From assembly GCA_963810955.1 (NCBI GenBank), contig CAWEPW010000043.1, forward strand, positions 37,034 to 101,033: DNA of 64,000 bases, written 5' to 3'. The translations under genes and the position numbers were made by a program. A model generated the notes under the pieces. It made no database searches. It was not told the origin of the DNA and worked only from the letters and a program-made list of their open reading frames with translations. This stretch comes from an uncultured Acidobacteriaceae bacterium. Lineage in GTDB: Bacteria > Acidobacteriota > Terriglobia > Terriglobales > Acidobacteriaceae. This document shows positions 26,459 through 35,250 of the stretch, in pieces (position 1 is the first letter of the stretch; each line of letters starts with the position of its first letter).

Positions 26459-27338
26459 TCAGCCGATGCGTGCCGGGCGCGGCTTGGGAACGTAGGCTTG
26501 TTTTGGCGGAGTCACCTGCAGCAGCGACCTGCTCCCGACGTGCATGAAGCTCAACTCGCGCGCCGAAAGCAAGGCATGGATGGACTCTTTAACGCGGGTG
26601 CGAGGAACGAAGTTTGCGAGAAATGTTTCGGCCTCTGCTTCATCGACAGCCACCATGCAGCCGAGATATTTCGAGGCCAGCGCCGAGAGTGCTTGCGGTA
26701 CAGAAAGGCCAACGCCTTCGCGAACGACCTCCGGCGCCCAGCGCGACAACTCGTCCCACACCGAACCTTCTTCAACTGTGTAATCGACGCGTGTGATGCG
26801 GAGCTTGCTCCACAATTCACTGAGAGCGCGATCGAGGCCAGCGTCAGAAAGGGAGCCACCGAGCAATTCTCCCAACTTCGATTTAGAAATCGGGCCGCGG
26901 CGGCGGATGATCTCGAAGGCGTCGCAGGCTAGCTGTGAATAAGGAGAGCGTGGTCCCGCTCGCGGGCGGTTGCTTCGGGTTACGCTCGCCAACTAGAGAA
27001 TAAAAATAAGGGAATACGGAAGGCGCGAGCAGGAAGGCGTTGTTCTCTTCGAAAAGCGGGGCCTCGTAAGCCGCCCGATCGCGGAGGGCGCGCACCATCA
27101 ATTCAGTCGCTTCTTTGGCTCGCGGATCGTTATAGGCGTGCTGGCGGGTGGGCAGGTTGTCGTCAGCTCCGACCCAAGCGCCGATGAAAGTCGGCACCAG
27201 CACCGCTGGACGCATCGGATACATCAGGCAGAATCCGACTTCCTCCAGAAACGCACGTGCGTCGTCGAGAGTTCGCATGGGCTGGCCGTCGACGCGCCAC
27301 TTTTGGGCTCGGGCCTGTTGGAGTTCTAGGTCAGTCAT
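26459..27338 (-). CDS. Hypothetical protein in two overlapping frames (26883-27338 and 26459-26992); possibly a winged-helix domain protein interrupted by an indel
   Basis: Two adjacent same-strand ORFs overlap by ~110 nt with no recognisable gene boundary. Function not established. Confidence 0.3.
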
Positions 27339-27480
27339 TGACTTCAGATTAGAACACAGGCCAGCTCGCAGCTCTCAACCTAAGATCTCAGAGGGATATC
27401 CCGCGCCGACGGTCAGTCGCTTTTCCGCGTTCCTAAGACACGCAGCTTGCCGATCCCATTCTAGCGCCTAGGGTGACAGA

Positions 27481-29585
27481 CTAGATTCTTTTGAATGCCT
27501 TCTGAATATCCTGCATGGAGTAGCGCAGCACGACTGGCCTGCCATGTGGGCAGGTCATGGGATGGTCGGTCTTGGACAGTTCGGAGAGCAGCCATTCCAT
27601 TTTGTTTTGTTCCAGTGGCATGTTGACCTTGATAGCGGCGTGGCAGGCTATGGAGGCGGCAATTCGAGTGCGCACGGCTTCGAGATTGATGGCTTGCTCT
27701 TCGCGAGTCAACTGTTCGAGGATTTCGTTGAGCAGGTGCTCGATTTGCGCGGCGTCTACGCCGGCAGGGGCGAGTTTGACCGCAACGCTGCGGGCTCCGA
27801 AGGGTTCGGCCTCAAAACCGTTGTGGGACAGTTCTTCGGCAATTTGCTGAAGAATAGCTTGCTGCGCAGGCGTCAGTTCGATGATGAGCGGCATCAGCAG
27901 GCGTTGGCTTTCCACCTGCTGGCCTGCGCGCTGGCGCACGATGCGTTCGAAGAGCACGCGCTCGTGAGCGACGTGCTGATCGATGATCCAGAGGCCATCT
28001 TCGTTGACGGCCAAAATAAACGAGTTTCGAATCTGGCCTAACGGTCGCAGCGTGCGACAGCGATTCGAGGGTCGGCGAGTTTGCGGTTCCTGCGCGATGG
28101 GCGGAGCACAGCCATGATCGGGAACCGGTTCTGGATTCATCGTCAGTGGCGCAACTGCGCTTCTGGCACTCCCGCAAGCGACAGGGCGGCGTTTCCTCGA
28201 CTGCGATTCCGGCGGCAAACTCAAAACGCGCCGTGACTGCGGGAATAGCCGGCGCTTGCAGTCGCGAATCCCCGGCCGCCGCCGGTTCATACAAGTCGCG
28301 CCATGGGCTGCGACGGTGCAGTGCATCGGTCTGCTGCCGCCATCGGCGAAGCGGGAGTTACCTGTGCCGGGGCTGCTAAGCCCGGGAGTCGCCGAAGGCT
28401 GCGCTTTGATTTCCTTCAGGAATTGCGGCACCGGCCGCGCTTTCATCAACGCCGCCCGCACCGACTCGCGCACGAAATCATGAATCACCGTCTGCTGGCG
28501 GAACCGCACTTCAGTCTTTGAAGGATGCACATTCACATCCACCTCGGCGGTGGGCATTTCGATAAAAAGCAGAACGACTGGAAAGACCGTCGGCGGCAGA
28601 ATATTGCGATAGGCCTCGACGATGGCATGTTGCATAAGCCGATCGCGAATCAGCCGTCCATTGACGAAAATGAAAATCGAATTGCGATTGAGCTTCTGAA
28701 TTTCCGGCTTGGAAACAAAACCGTGCAGCCGCAATTCACCGAAATCTGGGGCGCCGACACTGTCCGCGAGTCCGCTGCTGTCTCATCTGGAGGTGCTGCT
28801 TCCCCTGCCTTAGAGGGGGCTTCGCGGACAAGAGTGTTCGCGCCACCCGTTTCGCTGCGCCGCCACGGCGGGGGCTGCGGAAGCCCAACCCGCTCCAGCG
28901 GCTGCACCGCCGCCAGCGGAATCAACTGGTCGAGCGTCTCGCCTCCGAATACCTGGTAGACACGTTCGCGATGGCCGGCCACGGGCGGCGCCACCAGCAA
29001 TGCATTCGTGGCCGAGTGCAACTCAAAATGCTTTTCAGGATGCGCCAGCGCGTAGTGCGTTACAAGCGATGCGATATGCGATAGTTCAGTCGACTCCGAA
29101 CGCAGAAATTTTTTGCGCGCCGGCGTATTAAAGAAGAGATCGCGAATCGTGATCGCAGTTCCCAGTGGCAGGCCTGCCTCTTCGACGCGGATGATTTTGC
29201 CGCCGTTGATCTCGAGAACCGTTCCCGCCGCTTCTTCGTCGGCACGCGTTTCCAGATGCAGGCGCGCAACCGAAGCAATGGACGGCAGCGCCTCGCCGCG
29301 AAAACCCAGGGTCGCAATGCTCAGCAGGTCGTCGGTATCTTTGATCTTGGAAGTCGCGTGGCGCTCAAATGCGAGCATGGCATCGTCGCGCACCATGCCG
29401 CAGCCGTTGTCGGTGATCTGGATCAGCTTCTTCCCTCCCGCCTCAACCTGTATGCGAATGCGCGTGGAACCAGCGTCCAGCGCGTTCTCGAGCAACTCCT
29501 TCACCACCGACGCGGGACGTTCGACCACTTCGCCGGCGGCGATCTGGTTGGCGACTCTTTCGGGAAGAACGTGAATTTTGCCCAT
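27481..29585 (-). CDS. mutL: DNA mismatch repair protein MutL, split into an N-terminal ATPase ORF (28650-29585) and a middle-plus-C-terminal ORF (27481-28734) that overlap in different frames
   Basis: N-terminus: HVLPERVANQIAAGEVVERPASVVKELLENALDAGSTRIRI..ITDNGCGM (GHKL ATPase). C-terminal ORF: LHGFVSKPEIQKLNRNSIFIFVNGRLIRDR...TDHPMTCPHGRPV. The junction region (28740-28900) is unusually long and frame-shifted. Confidence 0.8.
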
Positions 29586-29718
29586 GGGGGATCAGCGGCT
29601 AATGACTAGTGGCCAGTGTGACAGATTCGGAGGCCGAGCGTAAAGGCGCGTCGAAGCAGGATGCTGCCGCATCCAAAACCTTGTCGTATTAGTTCACCCT
29701 GGTTCACGGGAGCGCTGC

Positions 29719-30594
29719 ATGAAACACGCAATTCTGGGTGCGGGAGCGATCGGCGGCTTACTAGGCACAGCTTTTGCCTCGGTTGGCGAAGACGTGACGA
29801 TGATAGTGCGAGCGGAGAGGTTGCAGAGCTATCCTCCGATGCTGACCCTCGAACGTCCTTCCGGCACTCTCACCGCGCCGGCAAAAGCTGTCGCTGCGCT
29901 GACTGCGCCGGTTGACGTGCTGTGGATCGCAACCAAGACTTATCAACTGAAGACTGCGCTCAAAGCTGTGCGATCGTTGCCGCGCTGCGTCGTTCCGTTG
30001 CTCAACGGTGTGGATCACATCGCGGTGCTACGCTCGCAGTTTGGACACGATCGTGTGGTTCCGGCAACCATCGCGATAGAAGCGGAGAAGCTTGCGCCGG
30101 GACGATTCATCCAGCGCTCCCCGGTCGTTCGCTTAAACCTCGCCGCCAGCGGAGAGCCCCTCTTGGGCACGAGCATAGGAAAGTTAACCCCTCTCGGATT
30201 CGCCTCCAAGTTCATTGCGAACGAGCAGACTCTGTTGTGGAGCAAGCTCTGCTTCCTCGGGCCGTTTGCGCTGGTAACGTCGGCCTCGGGCATGAATGCC
30301 GGAGAGATTCTCGCTGACGCGGCGTGGAGTCGAAAACTGAGCAGTGCCGTCGCCGAGGCTTGCGCGGTAGCAAACGCGAGCGGCGCAGAGATCGACGCGG
30401 CGCAGATTCAAGCGATTATTGCCGGTTCTCCGCCGGGCATGCGCAGCTCTATGCAGAAAGACGTGGCCGCTGGGCGTCAGCCTGAGTTGGATGCCATTGG
30501 CGGGCCGATCTTGCGCGGCGGAGAAAAATATGGGATCGATGTATCGACCACGGCGGGGCTCATGACGGCGATCCGTAAAAGGGCGGCGGCCTAA
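29719..30594 (+). CDS. panE: 2-dehydropantoate 2-reductase (ketopantoate reductase, ApbA/PanE family)
   Basis: MKHAILGAGAIGGLLG N-terminal Rossmann motif; 291 aa. Confidence 0.7.
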   Translation: MKHAILGAGAIGGLLGTAFASVGEDVTMIVRAERLQSYPPMLTLERPSGTLTAPAKAVAALTAPVDVLWIATKTYQLKTALKAVRSLPRCVVPLLNGVDHIAVLRSQFGHDRVVPATIAIEAEKLAPGRFIQRSPVVRLNLAASGEPLLGTSIGKLTPLGFASKFIANEQTLLWSKLCFLGPFALVTSASGMNAGEILADAAWSRKLSSAVAEACAVANASGAEIDAAQIQAIIAGSPPGMRSSMQKDVAAGRQPELDAIGGPILRGGEKYGIDVSTTAGLMTAIRKRAAA

Positions 30595-30781
30595 GTCGCG
30601 GAAGTTATCAATCGTGCCGCGAGGGACTGCCTACCATCATCGCTTCTCGGCTGGAGGTGATGATAAGCTTTCTGTTCGGACTTTCACGTGCGAGGCGAGC
30701 TTAGCATTTTCGAAGAGCGAAATTCCGCGCTTGCCGCCAGGACGACAGATGGAGCCCGACCACGATCCCGATCCCAGTACA

Positions 30782-31878
30782 ATGACCACGCCCGAGCCGG
30801 CATATGGAGTGCCCGCCCTTGCCCAGGCGGTAGCTTCGCCGCTTACACGCGCCGCTATCTTTCTGGTCGCCACGCTCAAACCGGGCTCTGACAATCGCGC
30901 AACCTTGCGCTCGTTCTGCGGCGACCTCGCCGCGCTGTTGCGCGCGGTGGAATTTCGCGACCTGGAGGGACAACTTTCCTGCGTCATGGGATTTGGGTCC
31001 GACGCATGGGACCGCCTCTTCGGGACGCCGCGGCCGGCAGAACTGCACCCGTTCCGGGAGATTCGCGCCGGAGCGCGCCATGCGGTCTCCACCCCGGGCG
31101 ACTTGCTGTTTCACATCCGCGCCAAGCGCATGGATCTTTGCTTCGAGCTGGCCACGTCAGTTTATGGCTCGCATCGGAAATGCTGTTTCGCCGGTGGACG
31201 AAGTGCAGGGCTTCCGTTACTTTGACGATCGCGATCTCATGGGTTTCGTCGACGGTACGGAGAATCCCGAGAGGAGCAGCTGTAAACGACGCCGTCCTCA
31301 TCGGCGCCGAGGATGCTGGCTTTGCCGGCGGCAGCTACGTGCATCGTGCAGAAATATCTTCACAACCTTGACGCATGGAATGCGCTCTCCACCGAAGCGC
31401 AGGAACGCGTCATTGGCCGCACCAAGCTTTCCGACATCGAATTGGACGACTCCGTCAAGCCAACGTCGGCGCACAGCGCGCTCACTACCATCGTCGAGAA
31501 CGGGAAAGAGATCAAGATTCTGCGCGACAATATGCCTTTCGGCCGGCCCTCGCAGGGTGAATTTGGCACCTATTTTATCGGCTACAGCCGTTCGCCCCGC
31601 ACCATCGAGCAGATGCTCGAGAACATGTTCGTCGGCCGGCCGCCCGGCAACTACGACCGGATACTCGATTTCAGCCGCGCTGTCACCGGAAGTCTGTTCT
31701 TCGTGCCATCCGCGACATTTCTGGAAAACGTGACTGAAGATCCGGCTGTGGTTGTGGATTCCTCCGCTGCACCAGTGGCGGCCGAACCGCAGTTCATCTG
31801 CACCGTCTTCATCCACATCGGCGTGCCGAGGGTTCGCTCGGCATCGGTTCCCTCAAAGGAGACATACGACATGAATAA
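30782..31878 (+). CDS. Dyp-type peroxidase (encapsulin cargo) with a C-terminal targeting peptide. The reading frame changes about four times (near 31162, 31245, 31345 and 31835)
   Basis: AIFLVATLKPG, GDLLFHIRAKRMDLCFELA (frame 2). ARIGNAVSPVDEVQGFRYFDDRDLMGFVDGTENP (frame 0). RGAAVNDAVLIGAEDAGFAGGSYV (frame 1). IVQKYLHNLDAWN...GRPSQGEFGTYFIGYSRSP...TGSLFFVPS (frame 2). EGSLGIGSLKGDIRHE-stop (frame 1), where the stop overlaps the encapsulin start. Confidence 0.7.
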
Positions 31879-32689
31879 TCTGCATCGCGAGCTTGCTCCC
31901 ATTTCCGATTCGGCGTGGGCTCAGATCGAAGAGGAGACAACGCGCACGCTCAAGCGCTACCTCGCCGGTCGGCGCGTTGTCGACGTGAAGGGGCCGGCGG
32001 GCACGGGCCTTTCTGCCGTCGGCACCGGCCACCTGCGGACGATCACCGCCCCGGCGAAGGGCATCGTCGCGAGGCAGCGCGAGGTGAAGGCGCTGGTCGA
32101 GCTGCGTGTTCCATTCGAACTGGATCGCCAGGCGATCGACGACGTCGATCGTGGCGCGAACGACTCAGACTGGCAACCGGCGAAGGACGCCGCGCGACAG
32201 ATCGCCTTTGCCGAGGATGCCGCGATATTCGAGGGTTATGCCGCCGCCGGCATTGAGGGCATCCGTCAGGGGACCAGCAATCCGATCATGACGCTGCCGG
32301 CCGACGTGCGCGAATACCCGGAAGCCATTGCGCAAGGCTTGAGCCAGTTGCGTCTCGTCGGCGTCAACGGCCCCTATTCCGTGCTGCTTGGCGCCGACGC
32401 CTACACCGCACTCGCCGAGACCAGCGACCACGGATACCCGGTGCTGGAGCACGTCAAGCGGCTGGTCAAAGATGAAATCATCTGGGCGCCCGCCATTGCC
32501 GGCGCTTTCGTGCTGACCACTCGTGGCGGCGATTTCGACCTGCACATCGGCCAGGACGTCTCCATCGGCTATCTCAGCCACACCGATACCGCCGTCCGCT
32601 TGTATCTGCAGGAGACGTTTACCTTCCTCCTGCTCACCAGCGAGGCTGCCGTCGCGCTGGCTTCTCCCGCAAAGGCAAGAAAAACCTGA
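31871..32689 (+). CDS. Family 1 encapsulin shell protein (linocin M18 / CFP29-like)
   Basis: MNNLHRELAPISDSAWAQIEEE..GRRVVDV..LVELRVPF..IDDVDRGANDSDW..FEGY..GIEGI..GPYSVLLGADAYT..SDHGYPV..IIWAPAI.GAFVLTTRGGDFDL..VRLYLQETFTF, colinear with M. tuberculosis Enc Rv0798c. 272 aa, intact. Confidence 0.85.
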   Translation: MNNLHRELAPISDSAWAQIEEETTRTLKRYLAGRRVVDVKGPAGTGLSAVGTGHLRTITAPAKGIVARQREVKALVELRVPFELDRQAIDDVDRGANDSDWQPAKDAARQIAFAEDAAIFEGYAAAGIEGIRQGTSNPIMTLPADVREYPEAIAQGLSQLRLVGVNGPYSVLLGADAYTALAETSDHGYPVLEHVKRLVKDEIIWAPAIAGAFVLTTRGGDFDLHIGQDVSIGYLSHTDTAVRLYLQETFTFLLLTSEAAVALASPAKARKT

Positions 32690-32714
32690 AGCTAGACAGG
32701 GACTCAAATCGAGC

Positions 32715-33494
32715 ATGCTCATAGAAATCGGACATGTGGAGGCGATCTTCCGCTATCCCGTCAAGTCTATGGCCGGCGAACGACTCGATGCCGCCGATCT
32801 GGGCTGGCACGGCCTCGATGGCGACAGACGCCTGGCATTCCGGAGGGTGAACACTGACGACCGCAGCGGGTTCCCGTGGCTAACCGCAAGCAAGCTGCCC
32901 GATCTGCTCCTGTTTGCTCCGCAGCGTCGCGAAGCCGAGGTTCGTGAGGACGGTGCTCAGCGAGACCTTCACCTTCCCACGCATGTTCGCACGCCGGATG
33001 GCGAGGACTTGCCTGTCTTCGGCGGAGACCTGGCCGCGGAGGTGGGACGGCGATATGGGGCTCCCGTGGAGATGATGCAGATGAAGCATGGCATCTTCGA
33101 TGACGCGAGCGTCTCCGTGATCGCCTCCGAGACAGTGCGCGAGATCGGACGACTTGCGGGACAAAACCCCGACGTGCGACGATTTCGCCCGAATGTCGTG
33201 GTTCGTTCACTGCGACCGGTTCCGTTTCAGGAGGATGAGTGGGTGGGCGGAGTGCTGTCATTCGGCGAAGGGGACGACGCGCCCTCCATTGCGGTCACGA
33301 TGCACGACGTCCGCTGCTCGATGGTGAACCTTGATCCTGACTCGGCAAGCCCAGCGCCGGAAGTGCTGAAGGCGGTCGTTCGCGCGAACCAGAACAACGC
33401 GGGAATCTACGGCACAGTCACTCGCACCGGTCGACTGGCGGTCGGACAGACCATACTGCTCCGAGGGGCGACGGAGAAAAAGGAACATGCGTGA
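32715..33494 (+). CDS. MOSC domain protein (MOSC N-terminal beta-barrel plus MOSC domain)
   Basis: MLIEIGHVEAIFRYPVKSMAGERLDAADLGWHGLDGDRRLAF...RPNVVV. The ATG at 32715 lies inside the longer track ORF 32523-33494. Confidence 0.65.
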   Translation: MLIEIGHVEAIFRYPVKSMAGERLDAADLGWHGLDGDRRLAFRRVNTDDRSGFPWLTASKLPDLLLFAPQRREAEVREDGAQRDLHLPTHVRTPDGEDLPVFGGDLAAEVGRRYGAPVEMMQMKHGIFDDASVSVIASETVREIGRLAGQNPDVRRFRPNVVVRSLRPVPFQEDEWVGGVLSFGEGDDAPSIAVTMHDVRCSMVNLDPDSASPAPEVLKAVVRANQNNAGIYGTVTRTGRLAVGQTILLRGATEKKEHA

Positions 33495-33582
33495 TCGAAA
33501 GTCGTATACGACAAATCTGCGGAGAAATCATTTGCGACAGGACGCGGCACTCGCCTGAGACGAACCCGTCAGATGCCGGCGT

Positions 33583-34341
33583 TCAGATGCCGGCGTACCA
33601 GGCGTAGCCCCCTTCTGGAGCCGCCGAGCCGAGGCCTTTGCCGAAACCTTTCAGACTGTCGGTGACCGTCAGGTGAGTGATGAATTTCACGCTCTTGTAG
33701 CCGAGTTGGCGGGCGACCCGCAGGCGAAGCGGTCCGCCGTTGCCCACGGGCAGTTCACCGCCATTCATCCCATAGGTCAGAAAAGTCTGGGGGTGCAACG
33801 CGTCGGCCATATCGATGCTTTCCCACCAGTCGGGCTCGATTGAGAAGTAGACAACGTATCTGGCTTGCGGGTGGACTTCCACCGTTTGCAGAATTTGAGA
33901 GAGAGGCACGCCGATCCATTCGGCAATATAGGACCATCCCTCTTCACACTGCACCATCGTGATCTGGCTGTGAGACGGATAGCTTTTCAACTGGTCAAGA
34001 GAAAAAGACGTCGGCCGGGCGACCATACCGCTGACGGAAAGCCGCCAATCAGCGAATCCCCCGGCCTGGAGACTCTTGAACGCCTCATTCGGTGGGGCTA
34101 ATTCATTCGCGAAAGGGGGGTTCGAGATCTGGCTCCTCGAGAATTCACGCGCTAAAGAGTGCTTGGTCAGCAGACGCTGCGAGGCATAGGTCAGGGTTTC
34201 GCCGAGACCCCAGATTCCACCATGATCGGGCGGGATGAGCCCGTACTTTTGCGCAAGGAGCGCGGCCGCTCCGAGGCCCGCTGCTCCGGCCGTAGCCGCG
34301 AGTCCGGTGGTGATCAGTTTGCGGCGTGAAATATCGCTCAT
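33583..34341 (-). CDS. Molybdopterin-dependent oxidoreductase of the sulfite-oxidase / MsrP (YedY)-like family with a Tat signal
   Basis: MSDISRRKLITTGLAATAGAAG twin-arginine motif; Oxidored_molyb-like body. The start overlaps the upstream gene's stop (ATGA). Confidence 0.65.
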   Translation of the reverse strand: MSDISRRKLITTGLAATAGAAGLGAAALLAQKYGLIPPDHGGIWGLGETLTYASQRLLTKHSLAREFSRSQISNPPFANELAPPNEAFKSLQAGGFADWRLSVSGMVARPTSFSLDQLKSYPSHSQITMVQCEEGWSYIAEWIGVPLSQILQTVEVHPQARYVVYFSIEPDWWESIDMADALHPQTFLTYGMNGGELPVGNGGPLRLRVARQLGYKSVKFITHLTVTDSLKGFGKGLGSAAPEGGYAWYAGI

Positions 34342-35195
34342 GTGCGTTCCATATATGTATCGGCGTGAGGTGTAGCGGCGCGTCCCGTGATCATCGCTCG
34401 CATGCGGCTGATGAATCCGGCACGCCAAACCATTACAACGTGGACCAGGAAGAAAACCAGGATCGCCAGGGAGACGAAGAAGTGAAGCGTGCGCGCCGAT
34501 TGTTGGCCGCCTAAGATGTTGACCGTCGCCGGAAACGCGGAAACGAACGTGGGAGACATGGCCAGGCCCGTCCAGATTACCAGGGGGAACAGAACAAAGA
34601 TCACGAACAAATAGGAGAGCCGCTGGAGCAAGTTATACGACCACGCTTCTGCCTCATTCGGTCGCCTGAACCGGACATGGCCGGCGACTGACTTCGAGAA
34701 CGTTCTCCACGACAGATCGGTTCTATCGGGGAGCAGGCTCTTGCGGAAATGGCCGGTGAAGAAGCCGAAAATTACATACAGCACGCCGGTGAATATGATC
34801 ACCCATGCGGATTGAAAATGAAGGTATCGGCTCCAGCCATTCTCGTCCGGCAACACGTATCCATAACCGGTCGGCACCAAACGCCTTGATGCGGGAATGT
34901 GCAGTTTGAACAAGGTTGGAGTCAAATCGTTGCCGGTCTCGCCCCAATAGAAGCGCGGGTGAGAGAAAACGATTGCAGATCCGCTGACCAACAGGGCCAG
35001 AAAACACAGAGTAGTAATCCAGTGCGTGACGCGAACCAGGGCAGAATGCCGCGCAGGAACCGTCTTCGTCAGGACGGTGTTTGAGACGGCCAATAGGGCA
35101 CTTGGGACGCAGGCGGAGTCGCCCATGCTGGAAATGGTACCATGCGGCGCCAGCGTTGCGCGTGCTAGACGGACCACGGAATCGCCATCTTCCAA
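34338..35195 (-). CDS. b-type cytochrome membrane subunit (cytochrome b561 / MsrQ-like), partner of the upstream molybdoenzyme. The true start is probably downstream of 35195
   Basis: RHSALVRVTHWITTLCFLALLVSGSAIVF and multiple TM helices with conserved His. Confidence 0.55.
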   Translation of the reverse strand: MEDGDSVVRLARATLAPHGTISSMGDSACVPSALLAVSNTVLTKTVPARHSALVRVTHWITTLCFLALLVSGSAIVFSHPRFYWGETGNDLTPTLFKLHIPASRRLVPTGYGYVLPDENGWSRYLHFQSAWVIIFTGVLYVIFGFFTGHFRKSLLPDRTDLSWRTFSKSVAGHVRFRRPNEAEAWSYNLLQRLSYLFVIFVLFPLVIWTGLAMSPTFVSAFPATVNILGGQQSARTLHFFVSLAILVFFLVHVVMVWRAGFISRMRAMITGRAATPHADTYMERT

Positions 35196-35250
35196 TTGAA
35201 GGGCTTAGCGAAATCTATAGCGATGGGTCCGGTTAGCCGCGCTCAGATTG

